Source: Candidatus Obscuribacteraceae bacterium
GTDB taxonomy: Bacteria; Cyanobacteriota; Vampirovibrionia; Obscuribacterales; Obscuribacteraceae
NCBI GenBank assembly: GCA_044226015.1
Contig: JBGAHS010000007.1
Span: forward strand, 224,001-288,000
Direction: 5' to 3'
DNA length: 64,000 nt
The position numbers and the translations under genes were made by a program. Positions 31,145 to 40,734 of this stretch are shown here, piece after piece (the stretch's first letter is position 1; the number at the start of each line of letters is the position of its first letter). The notes under the pieces were generated by a model. The model did not search any database and was not told where the DNA came from. It saw only the letters and a list, made by a program, of their open reading frames with translations.

Positions 31145-33547
31145 CTATGACTTACGTTGCCAGACCATTGCCTGGGAAACTATATACTGGAATTTACGCC
31201 TGTGCTCTCTAATTATCAATGGCATATCTTCTACATGAAGGAGCTCGAAGTGGTCGCCCAGCATCTTGCGCAATCCATCTTCTGAATAGCACTCTTTCCC
31301 GCTGTCATCCTTATAGCCACCCAGCCAGACATCAGATGGGGTGAACTTATCCATCCATGTATACGGCGACACTGTAACTAAAATTCCACCGACTCTCACT
31401 ATACCTCTGGCTCCCCACATACGTGATAGGCATGCTGACGGGCTGGGCAAGCGACAGAGTAAGTTAGCCATCAAAACTGCGTCGAAATCCAGATATTCCG
31501 CGGGTAAAGCACATGCATCGGCCTGTCTGAAATTAGCGCGAGCAGCAACATCTTCATTGATTTTGGCCGTAGCTTTTCCGTAGATGTTTGCTTCAATTTT
31601 GTAGTTATAATCTAGCGCCTTTTTGAGTTTCAGCTCCTTTGCAGCATCGATGAAACGCTCTGAAAGGTCGACGCCTGTAACTTCATCAAATCTCTCAGCT
31701 AGTTTGAACGAAGCTCCACCAACTGCGCAGCCGATGTCGAGCGCTTTGCCCGTCTTAATCTGCAACTTATTGCACCAGCTTGTCACCATTTCAGCGCAAC
31801 GCTGAGGGAATGAGCTGGCTGCTTTTGGACCAAACTGATATGGCATCTGAATGTCTGGCTCTGCAAAATGCAGTGTCATGTACTCGTTAAAGATGTCTTG
31901 AGTTTCATAAGGATTGGTAGTGTCTGTGGTGTCACCAATTCTACCTACGCAACCATTGCTGCCATCTGGACTGTGCACCATTCTAAAACCTGCATGTTGA
32001 AAAAAGTGAGGACGGAAATGGAATCTAGCCCACGGTGTTGCTTCGTCTCCAGTGCTTACGAAAGACCCACCGAGAATCATCTGGTGTTGTCCGTCATAGC
32101 ACGGAGTGCTGAAATCATCATAGTAACGATGCACGCGCGAACCGTTTAGTGGGTTGAAATGGTCTTCACACCATTGCCACACATTGCCAAAGAGGTCGCT
32201 GATTTCTTCTTCATTTGTGTGTAATTCTACCGAAGACTCGGACCCATAGGAAAGATTATTGTTGAACTTTCCAGTTGCGATAAGTTGCGTTTGGCTTGTA
32301 TTGTCGAATTTGTTTGCGTGACGCAAAGCTTGATGCTCGGCTTCTGTCATCAGTCGATAGTCCAGATTATCTTGTGTCGATTTCCATTTGCAATAAGCCT
32401 GAGCCTCATGGAAATTTACCACTGCGGGCCAATCCCACTGCATGGAAATAATCTCAAAGCAAGTTCGTAATTTGAACTGATTGCTTCCGGCAGGACCATC
32501 TGGATACCAGAACGATGGCGCTTTTACATTTCGGAATGAGCGCCATTTCCAGCCATCTTCAGACCAGAATTGCTTATCGAGATAGCCGCCCTCTGCGACA
32601 AAATTCCAGAATTCTCCATTACTAATGAGTAGTTGTGTTGCTTGAAAACGGCTCAGGCGAGAACTTCTGCTGCCGTATTCGTTGTCCCAACCGTAACAAG
32701 GCCAGTCAGCATCTTTGCCGAAATAGACGGTGCTTGCCTGAATCTCTATAAGTTTGTTGCTTGGGTAGTCGCGCTTCAACTGCGGTGCTTGTGCTACATC
32801 TTCTTTGTGAGGTGCTAACGCAGGCCACTCAGCAGGAGGTTTCAGCAATTGAATTGGAAGCTCTCTCATCAAAACGGAGGAAGTTTCGAGGTGTATTCTT
32901 TCGTGTTCGAAACCCATAAAAAGCGCCCATAGTTTGTTGTCTTGCAAAATGGGAGCGTGGCCATCATTCAAGAGTTCTGAACCTTCGATTAGATGCTTGA
33001 TGATTCCATAAACTTTCGAGCGATAATTCAAACACAAATCAATGCTCGGCCATTCCAGCTCATTTTTGGCCATATCATCCCAGCTCATTTCATCAACGCC
33101 AGTTTCGAAAAGGCTTTCAAAATGTGGATCGACAGGGCTATCTAGAAGTCCTGCCAGACGCAGTTTATTGACGTAAAGAACAGCAGGATGAACATAGTAA
33201 AAAATCAGGGGATGTCGTAATGAATGATAAGGCGGACGATAGAACGGTTCATCGCCTTGAAGGGCGGAGAACAGTAGCTCTGTTAGCGTCCAGCTGTTAT
33301 TGAAATAGTTCAAGACATCTTGTCTGCTACAGCTTGCTAAATTAGGAATTGGCAGAGAATGCAGCTTTCGGCTTTCCCCGCAAAAGCCGGGGCAATTCTC
33401 GGGTGACAGCCCTGTCCACCAACTGTCATGGCGAGGAGTGCCAAGATACAGAGTCGATTGACCAAGGTTAAGCTGCCAGCGTTCGCCGAGAGATTCTTTC
33501 GGTGGTGCCAGGGTTATGCCGAGGTTGGGATTTCTGGAGCTGGTCAT
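31145..33547 (-). CDS. ovoA: 5-histidylcysteine sulfoxide synthase/methyltransferase (ovothiol biosynthesis)
   Basis: LRHPLIFYY, GVDEMSWDD, iron-binding HERIHLETSSVL, FGE-like YGWDNEYG and YDDFSTP, FRPHFFQHAGFR, and a C-terminal SAM methyltransferase (ALDIGCAVG). Confidence 0.93.
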   Translation of the reverse strand: MTSSRNPNLGITLAPPKESLGERWQLNLGQSTLYLGTPRHDSWWTGLSPENCPGFCGESRKLHSLPIPNLASCSRQDVLNYFNNSWTLTELLFSALQGDEPFYRPPYHSLRHPLIFYYVHPAVLYVNKLRLAGLLDSPVDPHFESLFETGVDEMSWDDMAKNELEWPSIDLCLNYRSKVYGIIKHLIEGSELLNDGHAPILQDNKLWALFMGFEHERIHLETSSVLMRELPIQLLKPPAEWPALAPHKEDVAQAPQLKRDYPSNKLIEIQASTVYFGKDADWPCYGWDNEYGSRSSRLSRFQATQLLISNGEFWNFVAEGGYLDKQFWSEDGWKWRSFRNVKAPSFWYPDGPAGSNQFKLRTCFEIISMQWDWPAVVNFHEAQAYCKWKSTQDNLDYRLMTEAEHQALRHANKFDNTSQTQLIATGKFNNNLSYGSESSVELHTNEEEISDLFGNVWQWCEDHFNPLNGSRVHRYYDDFSTPCYDGQHQMILGGSFVSTGDEATPWARFHFRPHFFQHAGFRMVHSPDGSNGCVGRIGDTTDTTNPYETQDIFNEYMTLHFAEPDIQMPYQFGPKAASSFPQRCAEMVTSWCNKLQIKTGKALDIGCAVGGASFKLAERFDEVTGVDLSERFIDAAKELKLKKALDYNYKIEANIYGKATAKINEDVAARANFRQADACALPAEYLDFDAVLMANLLCRLPSPSACLSRMWGARGIVRVGGILVTVSPYTWMDKFTPSDVWLGGYKDDSGKECYSEDGLRKMLGDHFELLHVEDMPLIIREHRRKFQYIVSQAMVWQRKS

Positions 33548-33784
33548 TTTTGTTCCTCTGTGACAACCTGAATCATATATGATGACTACTTTCTTTGCAT
33601 AAATGCATACATTTTCCGAATAATTAAGCTATCTCTGCTGCCCTGTTGGCGCTCTGCTTTTGGGCAGGAATGGCTAGTCATGCGGTTTTAACAAATCACC
33701 ACGCGCTTGATGTTGCCAAGGTAGCATTGCAGGTTGGAACTATGCGTGAACGATATTGAAGGATACTGGGTATCTCTGATGGCA

Positions 33785-35308
33785 CTATCGCCGACGCTCA
33801 TCCTTTATCTCTCGAATGATTCTCTCAACTGTCTCAGTGTCTGAGTACGGAACTCTAATATTGCCGATGGTTCTGAATTTTTCATGACCCAGACCTGCGA
33901 TGAGGACTGTGTCGCCTTTAACCGTCTCTCGAATTGCAACATCAATTGCGCTTTCTCGATTTGCAATATTGTATGCTCTGGGTGCTCCCTCGATTATTTG
34001 TGCGCGAATGTTATCTGGGTCTTCGCTGCGTGGGTGTGCATCTGTCACTATCACCTGGTCTGCGAGTTTGGAAGCTATTATTCCCATGTCGAGTCGTTTC
34101 CCAGAATCTCTTTCTCCGTTGCAACCGAAAACAACTAATAGTTTTCCTGCGGTAAAGCTTCGACAAGCTTCCAGTGCGGCTCTTATGCCATCAGGGGAAT
34201 GCGCATAGTCGACCACGATTTTGCCTCCGCTGGGGCTTTCAGCCACCACATTCAATCTTCCTTCAACGGGAGTTAGTTTCTCCAGAAGCGCTACAGCTTT
34301 GTCAGGGGCGACTCCAGTAGCGATCACTATGCCCAGGGCGCAGATGGCATTGGAAGCTTGAAAGTAGCCGTGTAAGCCAATCTGAACCTCATAATCTTTT
34401 CCAAGAACGTTTAAGTGCAGCTTCTGTCCATCTCTGTTTCTTTCTATTGAAAGCAGTTTTATTGCCCCACCATTTTGTCCGTATGTAATCAAATGGTGCT
34501 TTCGTTGCTTGCATATCTCGATTGCTTTTTCGGACCATGCGCCATCTGCATTTATCACCGCAAAACTGCCCTGAGCAAGAACCTCTGTGAAAAGCAACAT
34601 CTTCACACGGAAGTACTCTTCCATTGTGCCATGGAAATCTAGGTGGTCTCTCGTTAGATTTGAGAATGCGCCCACCGTGGCCGGTAATCCGTGCAGGCGG
34701 AAATCGAACAATGCGTGGCTTGTTGCTTCCATTGCAATGTGATTAATTCCACGTCGTTTTAGCGTGCGCAGCATCTCGTGCATAAATACTGTTTCCGGCA
34801 CAGAAAGAGTTGGGTCTCGCGGCCAAACAATTGATCCATCACTGCACACTCCGCCCAGATTGCCTACAGAACAGCTTTTCCAGTTAACTGCTGCCCACAT
34901 CATGCGAGCGAAATTTACCGTGGAGGTCTTTCCGTTTGTCCCAGTTACAAGCGCAATTTGATCGGGTCGTTCACAATAAAAATTGGAGCATATTTTACCA
35001 AGTATTGATAAAGGTTCTTGATGCCGAAGAAGTAGAATTCGTTTCTTCGTTCCCCGGGGAATTACTGCACCGCTGTTTGTAATTACTGTGCTTGCACCGT
35101 TCTCTGCTGCATTAGCTATGTACTTTCGCCCATCAAGCCTGACTCCATATCTAGTGCTATCGACAGTCTCAGATTCTGCGGCAAGATAAAGAAAGCCCGG
35201 TCGGCACAAATTGGGGTCTGTGCTGATGCCTGTAATTACATTTGCTGACTCAGCCTCTGAAAGAGGGGGGAGTCCTTCAATGTCTTTTAGTAAGTAGTCT
35301 AATCGCAT
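33785..35308 (-). CDS. murE: MurE-family Mur ligase (divergent)
   Basis: VTGTNGKTS, MEATSHAL, FSNLTRDHLDFHGTMEEYF, VDYAHSPD; specificity motif altered. An upstream TTG at 35353 is an alternative start. Confidence 0.85.
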   Translation of the reverse strand: MRLDYLLKDIEGLPPLSEAESANVITGISTDPNLCRPGFLYLAAESETVDSTRYGVRLDGRKYIANAAENGASTVITNSGAVIPRGTKKRILLLRHQEPLSILGKICSNFYCERPDQIALVTGTNGKTSTVNFARMMWAAVNWKSCSVGNLGGVCSDGSIVWPRDPTLSVPETVFMHEMLRTLKRRGINHIAMEATSHALFDFRLHGLPATVGAFSNLTRDHLDFHGTMEEYFRVKMLLFTEVLAQGSFAVINADGAWSEKAIEICKQRKHHLITYGQNGGAIKLLSIERNRDGQKLHLNVLGKDYEVQIGLHGYFQASNAICALGIVIATGVAPDKAVALLEKLTPVEGRLNVVAESPSGGKIVVDYAHSPDGIRAALEACRSFTAGKLLVVFGCNGERDSGKRLDMGIIASKLADQVIVTDAHPRSEDPDNIRAQIIEGAPRAYNIANRESAIDVAIRETVKGDTVLIAGLGHEKFRTIGNIRVPYSDTETVERIIREIKDERRR

Positions 35309-35379
35309 GTAATTTTTGTGGTCGATTAGTGAATATCGACCGGTTGAGGGCAAGACAGTTCGCCTTTACTAATTGTACG

Positions 35380-36333
35380 TTATTTCGCTGAAATCAAACT
35401 CACGCCGGAAATTTTCTCTTTCAGAAGCGGGCTATCTTTGCCTTTCAGGTATTTGTTTAGGAACGCTACGCTGTACTTTTCAATAGGCTCGTCGAGACTA
35501 TTGTTTCGCTTGAAATTTGTCCAGGAAAAATGACTACCGTTTTGAAACTCGACAAAATAAGCGGGCGAATTGGCTTGTTCAAATGCTCCGCCTTTTCGTT
35601 TTATGCTGGGCGTGATGCCCAGGTCTTTGGTTCCTCCCTGAAACATAACTGGCACGCTGACTTTATTCATTGTTTTATGCACCAAGTAGGGAGCACAATA
35701 TGGCGATAATGCCAGCACGGCTTTTACTCCAGGCATCTTCCACTCTGGCCACGCCCCGGCGAGTCCAAGCACTGTGTAACCACCAAGTGAATGTCCAGCC
35801 AGAGCGAACTTCGACCAGTCAATTTTTCCATTCCATTCGGCGCTTGTATGAAGGGCTTTTACTAAGCGTTCGATATCGGTTTTTCTGTCAGCGTAGGTTG
35901 TCGAAGACCATTCGTTCGTTTTTGCAAAACTAGCTTGAGCATCTGCGTAACCTTTGTTGAGAGCATCGCGATGCGAGGGGGCGACGACCAGGTACCCAGC
36001 GGCAGCCAGAGCCTTCATCAAAAAGATACTCTGATTGTCGCTGCCGTGAAAGCCGTGAGAGAAGATGACCAGAGGGTAGGGCGCGCTAGTTTTCGGAAAC
36101 CAGATTGCTGCCGTTATGCCCCCTAATTCTGTTCTTTCAAAACTCTTGTCTTTTGCTCCTTGCCCACCCAATTTGTCTTGAGCTGGAGTCTGAGCTCGCT
36201 CCTGGACCCGCTCCTGAATGCGTTCTTTTATTCTCTCTCTGATATTGCCTGGCGGTTCTGCCAGGGCGATGTTTGGAACAACTGCGTTAATGCTTGCAAT
36301 CGATAGGCATAGTATTAAGCGTAGGTCTTTCAT
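35380..36333 (-). CDS. Exported alpha/beta hydrolase (PAF-AH/dienelactone hydrolase-like)
   Basis: Signal peptide, PLVIFSHG, GHSLGG, GGTKD, SHFSW. Confidence 0.88.
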   Translation of the reverse strand: MKDLRLILCLSIASINAVVPNIALAEPPGNIRERIKERIQERVQERAQTPAQDKLGGQGAKDKSFERTELGGITAAIWFPKTSAPYPLVIFSHGFHGSDNQSIFLMKALAAAGYLVVAPSHRDALNKGYADAQASFAKTNEWSSTTYADRKTDIERLVKALHTSAEWNGKIDWSKFALAGHSLGGYTVLGLAGAWPEWKMPGVKAVLALSPYCAPYLVHKTMNKVSVPVMFQGGTKDLGITPSIKRKGGAFEQANSPAYFVEFQNGSHFSWTNFKRNNSLDEPIEKYSVAFLNKYLKGKDSPLLKEKISGVSLISAK

Positions 36334-36390
36334 TTACGCACCCTGTTGGCATTGTTTCCGGAACCAGAGAGAGTTGCTCTCAATGAGGAA

Positions 36391-36750
36391 CTATTTTTTG
36401 AGCAATACTTTTACGTTTTCTGTTGGGCGGCCGAGAACAGCTTTGTCACCTTTTTCTACTATAGGACGTTGCATTAGTTCTGGATGCTTGACCATCAAAT
36501 CGACTAATTCATCATCATTGTGTTTTGAATTTGCCAGACCAAGTTCTTTGTATGTAGCTTCCGATGAGCGCAATAGTTCTCTAGCAGTTATTCCCATTTT
36601 TGAGAGCAATTGTTTGATCTTTGTCTTAGACAGAGCTTGTACATAGTAATTTATCTTTTCGTAGTCAACTCCGCTTTCTCTCAAAAGCTTGTCCATTTCT
36701 CTGCATTTTGAGCAGGTCGGTTTTTCATACACAGTAATCTTCTCAGACAT
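36391..36750 (-). CDS. arsC: ArsC/Spx-family reductase
   Basis: YEKPTCSKCR and HPELMQRPIV...GRP. Confidence 0.85.
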   Translation of the reverse strand: MSEKITVYEKPTCSKCREMDKLLRESGVDYEKINYYVQALSKTKIKQLLSKMGITARELLRSSEATYKELGLANSKHNDDELVDLMVKHPELMQRPIVEKGDKAVLGRPTENVKVLLKK

Positions 36751-36858
36751 TTCGAACCTCCGGGAAAGCGCTTATTTTAACACTCCAGTTCTTCATGACA
36801 GTGGAAAATTGTTTGAGGCTTATGTATCGTTATCACAACTTGATGAGGACACCTTGGC

Positions 36859-38418
36859 ATGAATAGAACACAGATGCTAGAACGCTTGCAATCTCGGCAA
36901 ACGCCCTGGGATATGTTGATTATCGGTGGGGGTGCTACTGGTGTTGGCGTAGCTCTGGATGCAGCTTCTCGAGGCTATGAGGTATTGCTGCTAGAGGAAA
37001 ATGATTTTGGTAAAGGAACATCGAGCCGCAGTACAAAGCTGGTGCATGGTGGCGTGCGTTATCTTGAGCAGGGCAATATTCCGCTTGTGATGGAAGCCCT
37101 CAAAGAGCGTGGGCTGTTGAGGCAAAATGCACCGCACCTTGTGCATGACCTTCCATTTGTTGTTCCGAATTATGATTGGTGGGAAGCACCATTCTACGGC
37201 ATGGGGCTGAAGGTCTACGATTTGCTTGCTGGCAAATTTGGTTTTGGCAAATCTAGATTATTGTCTAAAGCAGAAATTCTCGAAGAGATACCCACCATTA
37301 AGCAGGAAGGTCTGCGTGGTGGTGTGCTTTATTACGATGGACAGTTTGATGATTCGCGTTTACTGATAAATCTTGTCAGTACAGCTGCCGAGCAAGGGGC
37401 GACGGTTTTGAACTATGCTCCCGTGATAGGCATCTTAAAAGATGGCGATGGTTTTGTTTCCGGAGTGCTTGCAAAAGATCTTGAATCAGACACAGAGTTT
37501 AAAATCGAAGCTAAGGTAGTAATCAACGCGACTGGTGCTTTTACAGATCGTGTTCGCAGGCTGGCGGATCCTTCTGTACAGAATATGATTTCTCCAAGCC
37601 AGGGTATCCACCTTGTTTTTGAGAGATCTGTTCTGCCCGGAAAATCGGCGATTATGGTTCCTCATACCAGTGATGGAAGAGTCATGTTTGCGATTCCATG
37701 GCATGATCATGTAGTGGTTGGCACCACTGATACCGCCATTGAAGAGGCTAGCTTTGAGCCAATTCCTTTTGAGCATGAAATCGAATTCGTATTGGAAACA
37801 GCAGGGAAATATCTCAGTCGACCACCAGCACGCTCCGACGTCTTAAGTGTGTTTGTGGGAATTCGTCCTCTGGTGAAGGCTGGCGGAGGAAGTACTGCAG
37901 CGCTATCCCGAGACCACACGATTCATATCGATAATAGTGGCTTGCTCACCATATGCGGTGGCAAGTGGACTACTTACAGGCATATGTCTGAAGAGGCAGT
38001 TGATCATGCTATTACCTTAGCAAAGCTTGATGAGCGTGACTGTGTTACGAAAAACTTGCGGATACATGGGTTCCAAGAGTTCTCGCCTCAGTTGGGTCAT
38101 ATGTATGTCTATGGCTCCGATTGCTCCAAAATCGAGGAGCTAAAAGCAAAAGAGAAGTTAGAAGCCGTTTTGCATGAGCGTCTTCCGTTCACAAAAGCGG
38201 AGCTTATCTGGTCGGTAAGGTTCGAGATGTGCCGAACAGTGGAGGACTTTCTCGCACGCCGGACAAGGGCTTTGTTTCTCGATGCCGCAGCGGCGTCTGA
38301 TATGGCAAAGACAGTTGCAGAGCTTATGGCGAAAGAACTCAAAAAAGACAATTCGTGGATCGATATGCAGGTCAAGACCTTCCAAACCATGGCCAATCAG
38401 TACTTAGTCAGTTCGTAA
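36859..38418 (+). CDS. glpD: FAD-dependent glycerol-3-phosphate dehydrogenase/oxidase
   Basis: IIGGGATG, GTSSRSTKLVHGGVRYL, DGQFDD, GGKWTTYR. Confidence 0.96.
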   Translation: MNRTQMLERLQSRQTPWDMLIIGGGATGVGVALDAASRGYEVLLLEENDFGKGTSSRSTKLVHGGVRYLEQGNIPLVMEALKERGLLRQNAPHLVHDLPFVVPNYDWWEAPFYGMGLKVYDLLAGKFGFGKSRLLSKAEILEEIPTIKQEGLRGGVLYYDGQFDDSRLLINLVSTAAEQGATVLNYAPVIGILKDGDGFVSGVLAKDLESDTEFKIEAKVVINATGAFTDRVRRLADPSVQNMISPSQGIHLVFERSVLPGKSAIMVPHTSDGRVMFAIPWHDHVVVGTTDTAIEEASFEPIPFEHEIEFVLETAGKYLSRPPARSDVLSVFVGIRPLVKAGGGSTAALSRDHTIHIDNSGLLTICGGKWTTYRHMSEEAVDHAITLAKLDERDCVTKNLRIHGFQEFSPQLGHMYVYGSDCSKIEELKAKEKLEAVLHERLPFTKAELIWSVRFEMCRTVEDFLARRTRALFLDAAAASDMAKTVAELMAKELKKDNSWIDMQVKTFQTMANQYLVSS

Positions 38419-38434
38419 GCCGAAGAAGTTCAGG

Positions 38435-39115
38435 TCAGTGATAGATTTTTCCATCGGGCGTTGCGCAGATTTTGGTTTGCGTGAAACCTGCCGAGACCTG
38501 TCCCGTGAGATAGCCGTGTTCTCTTGGTTGAAGATCGACCTTGCTTACCGAGAGCGTAAAGAACCCTGAACTGACTGTGACACCAGATACATTGTCCAAT
38601 TTCACCGCGCCCCCTTGGGGAAGCGATGAAAACGACACTTTCTTTTGAATGTCGATTGTGCCGGAGTCGTCTCCAAAATGCAGAGGGTTTGCTAGCGAAA
38701 TTGAAATCGCCGAGCCCATGCGCGTGATGTCTGTTATTCCTAGCTCTGCCATTTTAGTTGCGACAGCATCGCCATAGACTTTCTCAAACTGGTTCGCTTT
38801 GGTCGTTCCTTTCGGAGTCAGAACTGCCATTTCGTACATTCGATTTAGAATTGAGTCGCCTTCTTTTGTTGCCGCAAGCGAGTCCTTCTGATTTGTGGTA
38901 ACACGATTTGTGTCACACGCGCCAACTGATGATTCATCAAGTTGGAACAGTTTCGAGTTTAGAGAACCTGCTAATTGCGCGTCGAAGACTGGGTCGCCAA
39001 ACAATTCCGCGAAGGACAGTTTTTGCTTGCCTTCCGGATGTGGGTAAGCCTCCGCTGCCCAATCTGGGCTCTTTGCTGAGTCTGTTTGCGGGCCAGACTC
39101 CATCTCAAATCTCAT
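38435..39115 (-). CDS. Hypothetical protein
   Basis: 226-aa ORF with a strong GGAGG SD; disordered N-terminus and beta-rich C-terminus. Confidence 0.75.
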   Translation of the reverse strand: MRFEMESGPQTDSAKSPDWAAEAYPHPEGKQKLSFAELFGDPVFDAQLAGSLNSKLFQLDESSVGACDTNRVTTNQKDSLAATKEGDSILNRMYEMAVLTPKGTTKANQFEKVYGDAVATKMAELGITDITRMGSAISISLANPLHFGDDSGTIDIQKKVSFSSLPQGGAVKLDNVSGVTVSSGFFTLSVSKVDLQPREHGYLTGQVSAGFTQTKICATPDGKIYH

Positions 39116-39255
39116 ATACCAACCTCCGATCTTGCCTCAAATTTATGAGAGCGAGGCGAATTTGTCACTGTGGAAAACCGCAAGAACGTCCGACAGAGCT
39201 AGCTGTTTGGACTTTTGTCTAATAAAGTATTCGTTCGGCAAAGTTTCGAAAGGCC

Positions 39256-39514
39256 GGGATTCGCGTATTGGGATCCGCGTATTGGGATTCGCCTATTGGG
39301 ATTGGGATTCGCGTATTGGGATCCGCGTATTGGGATCCGCGTATTGGGATCCGCGTATGGGATTCGCGTATTGGGATCCGCGTATTGGGATCCGCGTATT
39401 GGGATCCGCGTATTTGGATTCTGGTATTGAGATTCGGGTATTGGGATCCGCGTATTTGGATTCTGGTATTGAGTTTCTCGTATTGGGATTCTCGTATTGG
39501 GATCCGCGTATTGG
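39256..39514. repeat. Tandem array of about 18 copies of a 14-bp unit (GGGATCCGCGTATT)
   Basis: Directly visible; near-perfect copies in the first two thirds, degenerate copies (GGATTCTGGTATT etc.) towards the end. Confidence 0.97.
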
Positions 39515-39560
39515 TTTGTGGCTGCTCGTCTTAAGGATTGTTGGAGTTCCTGTAAACATG

Positions 39561-39593
39561 CCTAAATAAGTGATTCTGGATCACTTATTTAGG
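39561..39593. repeat. Perfect 14-bp inverted repeat
   Basis: CCTAAATAAGTGAT-tctgg-ATCACTTATTTAGG. Confidence 0.9.
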
Positions 39594-39774
39594 GAGCGCT
39601 GGGGGAGCCGCCATCCTGGTGGCATCAGCGTTTCAGGACGAGACACCGGTATCCGCCTGCGCGTAACTCATACATTGCTGCTGCGTTGCTCTCCTCACGC
39701 TGGCTGCCAGGCGGTTTGATTCCACAGTCCAAAGGGCATATCGTCGGGGAGATTATGTATTAACGGGGTGTCTA

Positions 39775-40734
39775 GTGAACCAATCTGCTACTGCCAGGCC
39801 GTCCAGCAATTTGAACCTGAGTGCCAAAGCTCAGGCTCTTCTGAAAAACATGAACAGCGTCCTTGTAGGACAAGATCGCGCTGCCAGGCTCGTCGCAATC
39901 TCGCTTCTAGCTGGCGGGCATCTGATTATTGAAGACGTTCCTGGTGTGGGAAAAACGCTCCTGGCAAAAAGTCTTGCAATGTCTATTCATGCAACTTTCA
40001 AGCGTTTGCAATGTACGCCTGATTTGCTCCCCGCTGACGTTTCCGGTGTTAACATCTACGACCAGAAAGAGGGAGTTTTCCGTTTTGTACCGGGTCCGGT
40101 GTTCAGCCACATATTTCTTGCGGATGAAATCAATAGAGCAAGTCCACGAACTCAGTCTAGCTTGCTGGAGTCCATGGAGGAAAGGCAGGTCACCACAGAC
40201 GGTGTCACTCGTGCGCTTCCTGATTTGTTTTTCGTAATTGCAACAGCCAATCCTATTGAACAACTCGGGACATTCCCATTGCCAGAAGCTCAGCTAGATC
40301 GCTTCATGGTTGCACTCAGTTTGGGCTATCCAAATGCTAAAGAAGAAGCCCATATCTTGATGAAAACAATGGAAGCTGATTCTTTCGTATGCCAACCTGT
40401 CTTGAGTGTCGAGGATGTTCTTGAAGCAAGACAGGCTGTCAAAGCTGTGCGCGTACACGAGGCGATCGTCAAATATATTATCGATATTTCCACTGCAACG
40501 AGAGCTCATCATTCCGTGATTCTCGGCGTCAGCCCACGGGGCAGCCAACAACTTCTGAGGGCGGCGCAAGCTCTGGCATTCCTTGAGGGCAGGGACTATG
40601 TTACTCCAGACGATGTGAAACGCTTAGCCCCGCCAGTATTTGGTCATCGCATTATTCCTAAAGTCAAATCGCAGAGAATCAGTTATGCCGACATCATTGA
40701 ACGAGTCCTGGAGACAGTTCCCGTCCCGAAATGA
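39775..40734 (+). CDS. moxR: MoxR-family AAA+ ATPase
   Basis: EDVPGVGKT, RLQCTPDLLPAD, LADEINRASPRTQS, ATANPIE, PLPEAQLDRF, GVSPR. Confidence 0.96.
   Translation: MNQSATARPSSNLNLSAKAQALLKNMNSVLVGQDRAARLVAISLLAGGHLIIEDVPGVGKTLLAKSLAMSIHATFKRLQCTPDLLPADVSGVNIYDQKEGVFRFVPGPVFSHIFLADEINRASPRTQSSLLESMEERQVTTDGVTRALPDLFFVIATANPIEQLGTFPLPEAQLDRFMVALSLGYPNAKEEAHILMKTMEADSFVCQPVLSVEDVLEARQAVKAVRVHEAIVKYIIDISTATRAHHSVILGVSPRGSQQLLRAAQALAFLEGRDYVTPDDVKRLAPPVFGHRIIPKVKSQRISYADIIERVLETVPVPK

Noticed and set aside
33596..33670. TGCATAAATGCA near-palindrome and CTGCCC/GGGCAG stem upstream of ovoA
   Set aside because: Short, and matches no riboswitch or operator I can name.
39256..39514. Possible CRISPR array
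   Set aside because: Units are contiguous 14-mers with no unique spacers, and no cas genes are in the window.
39132..39569. Overlapping ORFs encoding YWDPRIGIRVLGSA repeats
   Set aside because: All three forward frames give the same peptide because a stop-free 14-bp unit is repeated; there are no credible starts, so this is most likely an artefact.
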